In this document: positions 28,082 to 38,548 of the stretch, piece by piece
Layout of the letters: the number at the start of each line of letters is the position of its first letter
Numbering within the stretch: position 1 is the first letter of the stretch
Assembly: GCA_040386535.1 (NCBI GenBank)
Contig: JAZKFH010000017.1
Coordinates: 151,968 to 215,967 of the forward strand
Direction: 5' to 3'
Source: Myxococcota bacterium
Lineage (GTDB): Bacteria > Myxococcota_A > UBA796 > SXON01
Length of the DNA stretch: 64,000 nucleotides
Program-made: the position numbers and the translations under genes
Notes under the pieces: model-generated
Database searches by the model: none
Seen by the model: only the letters and a program-made list of their open reading frames with translations
What the model was told of the DNA's origin: nothing

Positions 28082-28394
28082 GCTGCACCTCCGCGTTGCT
28101 GTCAGGAACCAAACGACTCTTGGAAAGGACTCGGATGGATTGGCACTCACAACATAGGACGAGCGCGGCAACCGGCGACGGGCAAGGCGGACTCGGACCA
28201 AAAAAACACGGATTACAGGCGGTTGTGGGGCACCCAGGCGGGCAGGCGTCGGGGCGATCGAGAGACGCCCTCCCTGTGTCGAAGCTGAACCCGCCCGCGT
28301 CACCGGCGCTCGGAGCCCGGCGCTCGGGCCAGCGGAACGGCGGCGGGTGCGTATACTCGCCGTGCCCGGCAGCCCAGCACGTCAGGAAACCTTC

Positions 28395-29384
28395 GTGATT
28401 CCCCTCCTCCACCGCCGCCAGTTCATCGCCACCGCGGGCTGCTCGCTCGCCGCGGCCCTGCTGGGCGGGTGTCGACGGGTTGCCGAGCCGCTCCGCGTCG
28501 GCCTCCCGCCCTGGCCGCCGAACGACCTGTACGTCCTCGCGGAGCAGCTCGGGTACTACCGCGACGCGCCGCTGCGGATGGTGGACTACGCCTCGGCCTC
28601 CCAGCAGCTCCGCGCCTTCCGCAACGCGGTCCTCGACGTGTCGCCCTGCACGCTCGACGAGGCGCTGATCCTCGCGATGGATCTGCCGGACGTGCGCGTG
28701 ATCCAGGTGCTCGACTTCTCCGACGGGGCCGACGTGATCCTGGCGCAGGCAGAGTTCGCCTCGCTCGACGCGCTCCGGGGGCGGCGGATCGGCTACGAGG
28801 CCACGACGCTGGGGGCCTACGTGTTGGGACGCGGGCTGGAATTGGCGGGGTTGACCCTCGCGGACGTGACACCGGTCTACGTACAGGTGGACGAGCACGA
28901 GCGCGCCTTCCTGGAGCGGCGCGTGGACGCGATCGTGACCTACGAGCCCACCCGCAGCCGCCTCCTCGCCGCGGGCGCGCGGGTGGTGTTCGACAGCACG
29001 CGGATCCCCGGGGAGATCGTAGATGTGCTCGTGGTGCGCGCGGACACCGTCGACCGCCACGCCGACGTTCTCGAGGTGCTGGTCCGCGGCTGGCTGCTCG
29101 CCGCGGAGGCGCTGCGCACGCGCCCGCTCGAGGCGGCCGAGGCGCTCGCGCCACGCATGAACCTCGCCCCGTCGATGGTACCGGCGGCGTTTGCCGGCAT
29201 CCACCTCACCGACCTCGGAGAGAACCGGCGGCTGCTCGGCGGGGTGCCGCCGCCGCTCGCCAAGGTGGCCCAGCGGCTCGTCGACTCGATGCGCGCCAAC
29301 AGGTTCCTCGATCGCGCCCCCGATCTCACCCGCCTGTTCGATGCCCGCATCGTCGCGCGGGTCACGCTCCCCGACGGTGGCTGA
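28395..29384 (+). CDS. NMT1/SsuA-like substrate-binding lipoprotein with Tat-like signal
   Basis: RRQFI..LLGGC; D.S.GAD.I, L.GRRIG.E, VDAIVTYEP, FDSTRIPGEIVDVLV. Confidence 0.85.
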   Translation: MIPLLHRRQFIATAGCSLAAALLGGCRRVAEPLRVGLPPWPPNDLYVLAEQLGYYRDAPLRMVDYASASQQLRAFRNAVLDVSPCTLDEALILAMDLPDVRVIQVLDFSDGADVILAQAEFASLDALRGRRIGYEATTLGAYVLGRGLELAGLTLADVTPVYVQVDEHERAFLERRVDAIVTYEPTRSRLLAAGARVVFDSTRIPGEIVDVLVVRADTVDRHADVLEVLVRGWLLAAEALRTRPLEAAEALAPRMNLAPSMVPAAFAGIHLTDLGENRRLLGGVPPPLAKVAQRLVDSMRANRFLDRAPDLTRLFDARIVARVTLPDGG

Positions 29385-29418
29385 GGGCCCGGTGGCTTCC
29401 CGCCGGCACTATCGGCCC

Positions 29419-31719
29419 ATGTTCGCGCGGGTGGCGGCGTGGATCCTGTGTGTCGTCGCGCTGCTCGTGGGGTGGCAGATCGCGTGGGTGCAGCGTCGCG
29501 AGCTCGCGGACGTGGAGCGGTCCAGCCTGGAGCGGGTCACGAACGACATGAGCCTGCTGCAGACGACCCTCGACTTCGCGCTCGCCTCGGGCGCGCGCGA
29601 GCAGGTCGATCGGGAGCTGACCGCGCGCGGCGCCGATCCGGGCCTGACCGCCCTCGTCCTCCTGGACGAGACCGGCACCGTCGTCGCCTCGCGCCTGCGC
29701 CACGAGGTCGGCCTGTCCGAGGCGGAAGCCCTCGCCGACCCGCTCCCCGCCGACATGATGGAGGCCGCACGCACGCGGCAGATCGGGCAGGCCCGCCTGT
29801 CCGAGGACGGGCACCGGGTCCACGCGATCTACCCGGTGGTGCTGGGCGCGCGGGAAGGCCACCTCCGCGCGGACCGCATCGGGGTGGTCGTGGCGGTCTA
29901 CAGCCTCGACGGCGCGCGCGCCGAGGTCCGCGAGCGGCTGTGGCGGCGCGCCTCGGAGCTCATCGTGGGCGCCGCGGTAGGCGCCGCCTTCCTCCTCCTG
30001 TCCGGCCAGGTGTACATCGGGCGGCGCGTCCGCCGGCTGGTCGCGGCGACCGAGCGGTTCGCCGCCGGCGATCTCCACACGCGCGCGGCCGTCGGGGGCA
30101 CCGACGAGCTCGCCGCGATCGGCGCCGCGTTCGACGCGATGGCCGAGCGGGTCGGCGAGACCCAGCGCCGCGTGGCCGACAGCGAGGCCCGCTTCCGCAC
30201 GCTCGTCGAGGCGGCGCCCGTCGGGATCCTGCGGACCGATCTGAAGGGGCGGCTCCTCCAGTCCAACCCCGCGTGGCGGGACATCGCCGGCGGGGACGAT
30301 CGGGGGTGGCCGGACGCGGTCCACCCGGACGACCGGGAGGCCGTCGAGCGCGAGTGGATCGAGGCGCGCGCGGCCGGGCGCACGGCGCGGGCGGCGTGCC
30401 GGGTCGTCCGCCCCGATGGCGGCGTGGTGTGGATCCAGGCCCAGGGCGTGGTGGAGAGCGGGCCGACCGGCGCCCCCGCCGGGCTCATCAACACCGCGGT
30501 CGATCTGACCGAGCGCCGCGCCGCGGAGGAGACCCGCCTGGGCCTGGAGGCGCGCCTTCAACAGGCGCAGAAGTTGGAGGCGCTCGGCACCTTCGCGGGT
30601 GGGGTCGCGCACGACTTCAACAACGTCCTCGCCGTCATCCTCGGGTACGCGGAGCTGCTCGCGCGGGCCGTCGCGGGGCAGCCCGCCGCGGAGCGCCACG
30701 TCAAGCACCTGCTCCGCGCCGCGGAGCGCGGGCGCGCGCTCTCCCACCAGATCCTGGTGTTCGGGCGGCCGGGTACGCGGCGGGTGCGCACGCTCGAGAT
30801 CGCGCCCTTCCTGCACGAGGTCGCCCGCGATCTGCGGCCGTCGCTCCCCACGGACATCCACCTGCGGGTGAACGCGGAGGCCGAGCTGCCGGCGCTGCTC
30901 GCCGATCCGGACCAGCTCCACCGGGTGGTGGTGAACCTCGCGACAAACGCGCGGCACGCGATGCTCCCAGGTGCCGGGGGCGCCCCCGGCGAAGGGGGTG
31001 GCGTGCTCGAATTGGGCGCGCGCCGGGTCGACGTGGACGAGGAGCTCGCGCGGCAGCTCCCCGGCCTCTCGCCCGGCCCCGCGGTGCTCCTGTGGGTGCG
31101 GGACGAGGGCGCCGGCATGGACGCCGCGACCCGGGCCCACATCTTCGAGCCCTTCTTCACCACCAAGCCGCACGGGCAGGGCACCGGCCTCGGGCTCGCG
31201 GTGGTCCACGGGATCGTGCGCGCCCACGGCGGCGCGATCGGCGTGGAGAGCGCGCCCGGCCGCGGCACCACCGTGTCGGTGTACCTCCCCACCACCACCC
31301 CCGCACCGGCGCCGGACGACGCGCCGCCCCGGCCCCTCTCCCACCCACCGCGCATCCTGTACGTCGACGACGACGAGGCCCTGCTCGAGCTGGCCGTGCA
31401 CGCCTTCCAGCGCCGCGACTGCCACGTGACCCCGAGTTCGCGGCCGCGCGAGGCCCTCGCCCGGTTCCAGGCCGATCCGGACGCGTTCGATCTGGTCGTG
31501 ACGGACCAGCGCATGCCCGGGATGTTGGGAGAGGAGCTGGTCGTCGCGCTCCGGCAGATCCGGCCCGACGTGCCCATCGTCCTGATGTCGGGCCACGTCA
31601 CGCCCGCCGACGTGGAGCGGATCCTCGCGCTGGGCGCTTCTTCCGTGGTCGAGAAGCCGATGTCCATCGACGCGCTCATCGAGCTGTGTCATGGGGTGCT
31701 GGCACGTTCCGGGCGATGA
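29419..31719 (+). CDS. Membrane hybrid histidine kinase (HAMP-PAS-HisKA-HATPase-REC)
   Basis: Two TM segments, DEL..IG.AFD.M HAMP, VHPDDR PAS, AHDFNN, FEPFFTTK..GTGLGL, C-terminal receiver. Confidence 0.92.
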   Translation: MFARVAAWILCVVALLVGWQIAWVQRRELADVERSSLERVTNDMSLLQTTLDFALASGAREQVDRELTARGADPGLTALVLLDETGTVVASRLRHEVGLSEAEALADPLPADMMEAARTRQIGQARLSEDGHRVHAIYPVVLGAREGHLRADRIGVVVAVYSLDGARAEVRERLWRRASELIVGAAVGAAFLLLSGQVYIGRRVRRLVAATERFAAGDLHTRAAVGGTDELAAIGAAFDAMAERVGETQRRVADSEARFRTLVEAAPVGILRTDLKGRLLQSNPAWRDIAGGDDRGWPDAVHPDDREAVEREWIEARAAGRTARAACRVVRPDGGVVWIQAQGVVESGPTGAPAGLINTAVDLTERRAAEETRLGLEARLQQAQKLEALGTFAGGVAHDFNNVLAVILGYAELLARAVAGQPAAERHVKHLLRAAERGRALSHQILVFGRPGTRRVRTLEIAPFLHEVARDLRPSLPTDIHLRVNAEAELPALLADPDQLHRVVVNLATNARHAMLPGAGGAPGEGGGVLELGARRVDVDEELARQLPGLSPGPAVLLWVRDEGAGMDAATRAHIFEPFFTTKPHGQGTGLGLAVVHGIVRAHGGAIGVESAPGRGTTVSVYLPTTTPAPAPDDAPPRPLSHPPRILYVDDDEALLELAVHAFQRRDCHVTPSSRPREALARFQADPDAFDLVVTDQRMPGMLGEELVVALRQIRPDVPIVLMSGHVTPADVERILALGASSVVEKPMSIDALIELCHGVLARSGR

Positions 31720-31726
31720 GCGGGTG

Positions 31727-32860
31727 TCAGGGCAGGTCGTCGGCCACGTCGTCCGGCCGCTCCACGAGCGTGGCGAAGACATAGTCGGGATCACACCCGA
31801 GGGGCCGGCGCGGGTCCGCCTCACACGCCGCCGCGATCGTGGCCCACGCGGCGCTCGCGTACCCCGCCAGGTCGGTGGCCTCCCAAGCCACGAGCACGTC
31901 CTCGATGCGCGCCTCGAGCGCCGCCTTGCACTCCCCGTGTTGGAGGCACGCGGACACCATCCTGCCCGAGACCCCGGCGTACAACGAGCCTCCGCCGCGG
32001 AACGCCGTGTCCTGGCCCCACGGGAGGAAGTACCAACGGTCGGCCACGGTGGCGTGGTACAACAAATAGTTGTTGGTGTTGCGGCTGTAACCATCCCACA
32101 TCGGCGTCACGAGGTCGACCGCCCACATCCCGAGCACGGCGTCCCGGTCGAAGCGGGTGTCGAGCACGGTCAGGATGTCGTGCCGGTCGAGCGCGTCGAC
32201 CAGCTCGCGCAGATCGGCGTACGGCTCGACCGGCTCACCTTCCTTGAGCTCGAAGTGCGAAATCCCACCGCTGGTGAGGTCGGCGTACGTGTAGGTGGAG
32301 TCGTACAGGTTCCCGTCGCCATCCTGCGGAAAGCGCCGCCGCAGGAACTGCTCGTCCATGGTCTCCACGATGCCGTACAGGCCGTACGGCTCGTCGTTGA
32401 TCCAGACCCGCGCGTATCCGTGGCGCGGCGCCGGCGCGCCCACCACGTCGTACAACCGATACGCCGTGTGTTCGCGGAGCATCGTGGCATCGAACACCAT
32501 GTTGTTCAGGGTGAGGCGCCGCACCCCCAACATCGCCTGGTCGGGCACCCACTCTTCGAGGTCGACCTTGATCGACGGCTTTCCGTCCATGCCCTGGTAC
32601 GTGCTGCTTCCCTTGAGCTTGAACCCCACGTCCCAGGTGACCCCCTTATAGGTGAGCAGCGCGTGGACGTCGGGCTCGTCGCGGCCCAAAGCGTCCATCG
32701 CCTCCTCCGATAGGTCGAAGTAGAAGTCGTGGATCGTGCCCTCGGTGTAGAGAAACCCGCCCGGGCCGTCCGCGGGCGCCGACTCGGGCTCTTGCACGTT
32801 GTCGCCCCGGATCAATTCCCACGGCGGGTGGAGCATCAGCAGCGAGAGGGCGTGGAACAT
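31727..32860 (-). CDS. CotH kinase family protein
   Basis: VGFKLKG.S, KPSIKVD, LTLNN, YGLY..VE, WDGY..NTNNYLLY, LPWGQD. Confidence 0.85.
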   Translation of the reverse strand: MFHALSLLMLHPPWELIRGDNVQEPESAPADGPGGFLYTEGTIHDFYFDLSEEAMDALGRDEPDVHALLTYKGVTWDVGFKLKGSSTYQGMDGKPSIKVDLEEWVPDQAMLGVRRLTLNNMVFDATMLREHTAYRLYDVVGAPAPRHGYARVWINDEPYGLYGIVETMDEQFLRRRFPQDGDGNLYDSTYTYADLTSGGISHFELKEGEPVEPYADLRELVDALDRHDILTVLDTRFDRDAVLGMWAVDLVTPMWDGYSRNTNNYLLYHATVADRWYFLPWGQDTAFRGGGSLYAGVSGRMVSACLQHGECKAALEARIEDVLVAWEATDLAGYASAAWATIAAACEADPRRPLGCDPDYVFATLVERPDDVADDLP

Positions 32861-32915
32861 GCGCGACAGCTCTGGCTCACCTCACGGAGCTAGGACCCGG
32901 CCGCTGGCTCGGGTG

Positions 32916-34646
32916 TCATGCCTTGTCGCCGCGCCCGCTCTCACCCCGCCCGCCCTCGCCCCGCGCCGCGCGGATCATCTCCGCCGCGGCGAGTCGCGTG
33001 GCCTCGCCCACGTGGATGCCGCCGACCATGCGGGCGATCTCGTCGTCGCGCTCGGTGGGGGACAGCAGGCGCACGGCGCTGCGGGTGCGATCCTCGAACA
33101 CCTCCTTGCGCACCTGGAAGTGGGTGTCGGCGTACACCGCGATCTGCGCGAGGTGGGTGATGCAGAGCACCTGGTGGTGCTGGGACACCTCGTGCAGCTT
33201 GCGCCCGATGACCTCGGCCACGGCGCCGCCCACGCCGGTGTCGACCTCGTCGAACACGTAGAGGCCCACGGGGCCCTGGCTCGCGAGCACCCGCTTGAGC
33301 GCCAGCAGCGCGCGCGAGAGCTCCCCGCCGCTCGCCACCTTGCGCAGCGGCCGCGGCGCCTCGCCCCGGTTGGTGGCGATGAGGAACTCCACCCGGTCGA
33401 ACCCGGTCGCCCCGAGCCGCCCGCCGTCCACGAGCACCTCGCCGGGCCGCTCCTCGAGCGCCACCGCCACCTCCACGCGCGCCTCGCCCATCCCGAGCGA
33501 CGAGAGCTCGTCGGTGATCGCGGACCCGAGCCGCGCGGCCTCGGCATGCCGGCGTGCCGACATCGCCCGCGCCAGCGTGGTGACATCCGCCAGCGCGGCC
33601 TCGGCCGCCGACCGCAACGCACCGGCGCGCTCTTCCGCGCCCCCGAGCGCCGCGAGCTCGGCAGCCGCGGTGGCGCGGTACACGAGCACCTCCGCGAGCG
33701 TGCCGCCGAACTTCCGCGCGAGGCGACGGAGCTGGTGTAGCCGCTCCTCCAGCTCGGCCAGCCGCTCCGGGTCCGCGCGCAGCGTGCGCCCGTAGCGACC
33801 GAGCTCGCGCCCCACGTCCTCCACCTCGGCGCGCGCCCCGTCGAGCTGCCGGGCCAGCGGCGCCAGCGCCGGGTCCACCCGCGAGCCGCTCTCGAGATCG
33901 GCCACTACGCGGGTGAGCTGCCCGACGATGTCGGCTTCCCCGCTGTACAGCGCCTCCTCCGCGCGCGTCGTGAGCCCCGCGAGCTGGGCGCCGTGGCGGA
34001 GGCGCCCGATCTGCTCGTTGAGGCCCTCCTCCTCGCCCGCCTTGGGCGCGAGCTTGTCGATCTCGGAGAGCTGGAAGCGGAGCAGGTCCTCGCGGTCTCC
34101 CCGCGCCCGCGCGGCGGCGTCGGCCTCGTCTGCCGCGTTGCGCGCGGTCACCCACGCGCGCCAGCGCTCGGCGAGCTCCACACGCTCCTTCCCCAGGCCG
34201 GCGAAGCCGTCCAGGAAGCCCAGGTGTGTGCCCGCGTCCGCCAGCGTGTGGTGCTGGTGTTGCGACGAGATGTCCACGAGCCCCGCCGCGAGCTCGGCGA
34301 GCTGCGCCGCGGTCGCCAGCTTGCCGTTCACGTAGGCGCGCGTGCGCCCCTCCGCCTCGACCACGCGGCGCACCACCAGCTCGTCGTCCTCGATGCCCAT
34401 GGCCGCGAGCCGGGCGCGCGCGGACCCGTCGTCGCGGATGTCGAAGAGCGCCTCGACCTCGGCGCGTTCGGCGCCCGTGCGCACCATCTCCGGGCGCGCC
34501 TTCGCGCCGAGCACGAGCTGGAGCGCGCTCACGAGGATGGACTTGCCCGCGCCGGTCTCCCCGGTGACGACGTTGAGGCCGGCGCCGAAGGCCACCTCGA
34601 GCTGATCGATGATGGCGAAGCGGCGGACGCGGAGGTGGGTGAGCAT
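32916..34646 (-). CDS. recN: DNA repair protein RecN
   Basis: TGETGAGKSI, ASGGELSR..LALK, FDEVDTGVGG, QVLCITHLAQIA, EIARM. Confidence 0.97.
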   Translation of the reverse strand: MLTHLRVRRFAIIDQLEVAFGAGLNVVTGETGAGKSILVSALQLVLGAKARPEMVRTGAERAEVEALFDIRDDGSARARLAAMGIEDDELVVRRVVEAEGRTRAYVNGKLATAAQLAELAAGLVDISSQHQHHTLADAGTHLGFLDGFAGLGKERVELAERWRAWVTARNAADEADAAARARGDREDLLRFQLSEIDKLAPKAGEEEGLNEQIGRLRHGAQLAGLTTRAEEALYSGEADIVGQLTRVVADLESGSRVDPALAPLARQLDGARAEVEDVGRELGRYGRTLRADPERLAELEERLHQLRRLARKFGGTLAEVLVYRATAAAELAALGGAEERAGALRSAAEAALADVTTLARAMSARRHAEAARLGSAITDELSSLGMGEARVEVAVALEERPGEVLVDGGRLGATGFDRVEFLIATNRGEAPRPLRKVASGGELSRALLALKRVLASQGPVGLYVFDEVDTGVGGAVAEVIGRKLHEVSQHHQVLCITHLAQIAVYADTHFQVRKEVFEDRTRSAVRLLSPTERDDEIARMVGGIHVGEATRLAAAEMIRAARGEGGRGESGRGDKA

Positions 34647-34725
34647 GGTGCCCGCTCTTAGCCTGTGCGCGGCGGTGGCGACGGAGCGCGTGGGGGCCGT
34701 CTCCTCACCCTCACCCCGCCCCCGC

Positions 34726-35420
34726 TTACCCGGATGCGCGCACGCCCACCTCGTCCAGGTGAAGCAGCAGGTCGGCCGGGTCCTGGTACACCCGGTAGGC
34801 CCCGGCGCGCTCCAGCTCCTCGGCGCCGTAGCCGCCGGAGAGCATCCCCACGCCGAGCGCCCGCGCGCGCCGCGCCGCGAGCAGATCCCACACGCTGTCC
34901 CCCACCACCACGGACGTGTCGATTTGCACGCCGAGGCCCTCGGCCGCGGCGATGAACAAATCCGGATCCGGCTTCGCGTACCGGACCTGGTCCCGCGTGA
35001 TGACGACGGTGTCCTTGCCCACCCCGAGCCCCGCGAGCACCGGCCCCGCGCTCTCCATCGTGCCGCTCGTGGCGATGGCCCACGGCACGCCCACCTGCGA
35101 GAGATAAACCAGCAGCTCCCGCGCGCCGGGCAGGGGGCGCACCTGGTGCACCAGGCTCGCGTACGCCTCGGCGTGGCCGCGCTTCATGCGCTCGATCTGC
35201 TCGACGGTGACGGTGTTCCCGGTTTCTCGTAGCAACGCGTTCACGAGCAGCCCGCCGCTCATCCCGATGCGTCGGTGCACCCGCCACACGGCCAGCTCCA
35301 CGCCCGCCTGTTCCAACGCGAGGCGCCACGCCAGCGCGTGCTGGTACACGCTGTCGACCAGCGTCCCGTCGAGATCGAAGAGGAAGGCGGGGAGCGGATC
35401 GTGTTCGTATCAGGTGTCAT
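34726..35420 (-). pseudogene. HAD-family hydrolase with apparent 5' frameshift (real lesion or assembly error)
   Basis: Motif I FLFDLDGTLVDSVYQH, ATSG, KPDPDLF and GDSVWD are in one frame. That frame has a TGA and no start codon upstream of motif I; ATG 35420 is out of frame. Confidence 0.7.
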
Positions 35421-35456
35421 CCTACCAAGGGTAGGGCGACGGTTCCGGTCGTCGAA

Positions 35457-36017
35457 TCAAGCCCCCCCATACGCCTCGCGCAGCCAACCAAGCACCTCCG
35501 CGTCGACCTGCTCCATCGCCGTGATGCGCACCACGTGGGTGCACATGCGGCCCGGCGGCTCCTCCTTGAGGCGGTCGGTGGCGGCGTGGCCGCGGAAGTT
35601 GAAGCCGAGGTCGACGCGGGAGTTGGTCGCCGCGGTGACGAGCGCGAATTGTCTGTTGCGACGCAGGCTCACCGAGGTCTTCTTCGGGCTCACCTCCACG
35701 TCGTCGCCCAGCTGCACCGCCTCGGCGAGGATGCGCTCGTAGAGCGGGCGGAGGGCCGCCTTCGCGCCGGTGTACTGCGCGTCCACGAGCTCCGTCTCTC
35801 CCACCGGGGCGTGGGCGCGGCCCGCCATGTGGGTGAGCATCCCCGCGTTGCCGTGCCCGAGGCCGTGCTCCTCCCGCAGCCACGCCGCGATCTGGCCGGG
35901 CTTCTGCCCCGCGGCGAGGCGCTCGCCGATGCGCGTGTACCAGTCCTCCAGCGACACGCCGGTGGTCTTCGCGATGTTGTCGAGCTGGGTGGCGACGGCG
36001 GCGTCGAGGCTGGCCAT
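35457..36017 (-). CDS. DUF4287/DUF5655-like hypothetical protein
   Basis: NIAKTTG.S...W...WLREEHGLGHGNA, PKKTSVSLRR.RQFA, CTH.VRI...VDAEVLGWLREAY. Confidence 0.75.
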   Translation of the reverse strand: MASLDAAVATQLDNIAKTTGVSLEDWYTRIGERLAAGQKPGQIAAWLREEHGLGHGNAGMLTHMAGRAHAPVGETELVDAQYTGAKAALRPLYERILAEAVQLGDDVEVSPKKTSVSLRRNRQFALVTAATNSRVDLGFNFRGHAATDRLKEEPPGRMCTHVVRITAMEQVDAEVLGWLREAYGGA

Positions 36018-36225
36018 TGGGGCTCCGGGGGCACGGGTGAGGGGAACGCGTACCGCGGGCTCGGTGGGTCGGTCAAGCGCGAGAAGCGGCGCGCCGGTGC
36101 CGATGTCGTCGTCAGGCGCGCGACGTTGCCAACTGTACGTTATGCCATGGGGATGATGTTGACTCGGCAATCCAAGGCATCCGGATGATACCCGCCGCCT
36201 ATACAGCCAGTTGTCGGCTGTTCAA

Positions 36226-36603
36226 ATGAGCCGGGCCATCCTCGTCGTCGACGACAATCCGGTGAACGCGCGGCTGGTGTCCTACGTGTTGTCCGCCGAG
36301 GGGTTCGAGGTCCGCTGCGCGGGAGATGCGCTCATCGCCCGCGAGCTCCTCGCGGCCCGCGCGCCCGACCTCATCTTGATGGATCTCCAGCTCCCCGGCA
36401 TGGGCGGCCTCGACTTCACCCGCGAGCTCAAGGCGGATCCGCGCACGCGGCACATCCCGGTGGTGGCCCTCACCGCCCGCGCCATGGCGGGGGACGAGGA
36501 AGAGGCGTTGACCGCGGGGTGTGACGGTTACCTCACCAAGCCGATCGACACGCGCACGCTGGCCGCGAAGGTGTCCGCCTTCCTCACCGGCGCCGCCCCC
36601 TGA
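36226..36603 (+). CDS. Single-domain response regulator
   Basis: VVDDNPVN..PDLILMDLQLPGMGG..ALTARAM..GCDGYLTKP. Confidence 0.92.
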   Translation: MSRAILVVDDNPVNARLVSYVLSAEGFEVRCAGDALIARELLAARAPDLILMDLQLPGMGGLDFTRELKADPRTRHIPVVALTARAMAGDEEEALTAGCDGYLTKPIDTRTLAAKVSAFLTGAAP

Positions 36604-36617
36604 GCGCGGTCCTCGTC

Positions 36618-37049
36618 GTGCGCGTGCGGGCGTGGCGGGTCGCGCTCCCGGTCGCGGACGTCGTGGAGCAGATGCGCCCGTTGCCCGTAGAGCAGGTGCG
36701 CGGCACGCCCGCGTACGTGCTCGGGATGAGCCGGGTGCGCGGCGCCCCCATGCCGGTGATGGACCTCGGCCGGTTCCTCGCGGGCACGCCGGGGCCGGTG
36801 CCTGAGAGCCTGACGGCGCGCTGGGTGACCGTCCGGGCGGGCGAACGTCGCATCGCGCTCGCGGTCGACGCGGTGGAGGGTGTGCGCACCGTCGACGCGG
36901 AGCACCTCGGTACGCTGGCGCCGCTGCTCCGCGACGCGGACACCGCCGCGGTCGCGGCCCTCGGCGTCCTCGACGCCTCGCTGCTCGTGCTGTTGCACGC
37001 CGCGCGGCTGCTGGACGCGGGCGCCGTGCCTGCCCTGGACGGCGAGTGA
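36618..37049 (+). CDS. cheW: CheW coupling protein
   Basis: ALPVADVVEQMRPLP..GTPAYVLG..RVRG..PV.DL, ALAVDAVEGV; the true start may be near 36600. Confidence 0.85.
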   Translation: MRVRAWRVALPVADVVEQMRPLPVEQVRGTPAYVLGMSRVRGAPMPVMDLGRFLAGTPGPVPESLTARWVTVRAGERRIALAVDAVEGVRTVDAEHLGTLAPLLRDADTAAVAALGVLDASLLVLLHAARLLDAGAVPALDGE

Positions 37050-38548
37050 CACCACTGCCGGCGCAGGTCGACCGCTTCCGCGCCGTGGTCGAGCGGCGGC
37101 TGGGGCTCGTGTTCGGGCCGGACCGCAACGACGAGATGGGAGTGATCCTGGGGGAGCGCGCCCGGCTCGCCGGGGCCCAGGACTGCGCGCGCTACCTCGC
37201 CCTCGTCGACGCGGGCGACCACGAGGAGCTCCGGCGGCTGGCCGAGCGGCTCACGGTCGGGGAGACCTACTTCTTCCGCAACAACGAACAGTTCCGCGCT
37301 CTCCTGGACCCCGTGCTCCCCGACCGGCTCCGCGTGCTCGGGCGCCCCGTGCGCATCCTCTCGGCCGGCTGCGCGTCCGGGGAGGAGCCCTACAGCATCG
37401 CGATCCTGGCCCGGCGGGCGGGCCTCGCGCACGCGGTGGCCATCGAGGCGTTCGACGTGAACCCCGCCGCGATCGCCCGTGCCCGCGCGATGCGGTACTC
37501 CGCGTGGTCGCTGCGCGAGACCACGGCCGAGCTGCGGGAGCACGCCTTCCGCGCCGAGGGCACCCAGTTCCGCCTCGACGACGATCTGCGCGGCGCCGTC
37601 ACGTTCTCCGAGCGCAACCTCCTCGACACGAACCCGAAGCTCTGGCCCCGCGGCGCCTGGGACATCGTGTTCTGTCGCAACGTGCTGATGTACTTTCCCG
37701 CCGCCGTGATGCGCGCCGTCCTCGACCGCATCGCCGGCTCGCTCGCCCCCGGGGGCTACCTGTTCCTCGGGCACGCCGAGAGCCTCCGCGGCGTGTCCGA
37801 CATGTTCCACCTGCGCCAGGCGCACGGCACGTTCTACTACCAGCGCCGCGACGAGCCCGCGGCCCGCGGCACCCCGGCGTCGGTCCCTTCCCCGCCGCCC
37901 GCGCCGGCGGACGACACCTGGGTCGAGGCAATCCGCCTCGCCTCCGCGCGCATCACGCAGCTGGTGGAGGGCGCCCCTGCCGAACGTGCGCCCCCCGTGC
38001 CTCCAGAGCGCCCGCCGATCGAGCGAGCCGGCCCCGACGTCGACGGCGTCCACGAGCTCATGCGCCAGGAGCGGTACCACGACGCCCTGGCCCGCATCGT
38101 CGTGATGCGAAACGACGCGGGCGGCCTCCGCGACCCCGGCGCTGCCCACCTCTGCCTGCTCCACGCCGTGCTCCTCACCCACGCCGGCGATCTGCCGGCC
38201 GCCGAGGCGCTCTGCCACGAGCTCCTCGCGCTCGACCATCGCGACGCTGGCGTGCACTACCTCCTCGCCTTGTGCCGCGAGCACGCGGGTGACCTGGTCG
38301 GCGCGATCGAGAACGACCGCGCGTCCGCCTGGGGAGACCCCGTGTTCGCCATGCCCCACCTGCACCTCGGCATGCTCGCCCGCCGCGCCGGCGATCCCGA
38401 CGAGGCCTGCCGCGAGCTCCAGATCGCGCTCGTGTTGCTCGCCCGGGAGGACGCCCGCCGGATCCTCCTCTTCGGCGGTGGCTTCGGCCGGGAGGCGCTG
38501 GAGCGCCTGTGCCGGGCCGAGCTGCGCGCATGCGGAGGGGCGCGATGA
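37046..38548 (+). CDS. cheR: CheR methyltransferase with C-terminal TPR (WspC-like)
   Basis: TVGETYFFR, SAGCASGEEPYS, DIVFCRNVLMYF, GYLFLGHAES; TPR-like tail. Confidence 0.93.
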   Translation: MTPLPAQVDRFRAVVERRLGLVFGPDRNDEMGVILGERARLAGAQDCARYLALVDAGDHEELRRLAERLTVGETYFFRNNEQFRALLDPVLPDRLRVLGRPVRILSAGCASGEEPYSIAILARRAGLAHAVAIEAFDVNPAAIARARAMRYSAWSLRETTAELREHAFRAEGTQFRLDDDLRGAVTFSERNLLDTNPKLWPRGAWDIVFCRNVLMYFPAAVMRAVLDRIAGSLAPGGYLFLGHAESLRGVSDMFHLRQAHGTFYYQRRDEPAARGTPASVPSPPPAPADDTWVEAIRLASARITQLVEGAPAERAPPVPPERPPIERAGPDVDGVHELMRQERYHDALARIVVMRNDAGGLRDPGAAHLCLLHAVLLTHAGDLPAAEALCHELLALDHRDAGVHYLLALCREHAGDLVGAIENDRASAWGDPVFAMPHLHLGMLARRAGDPDEACRELQIALVLLAREDARRILLFGGGFGREALERLCRAELRACGGAR

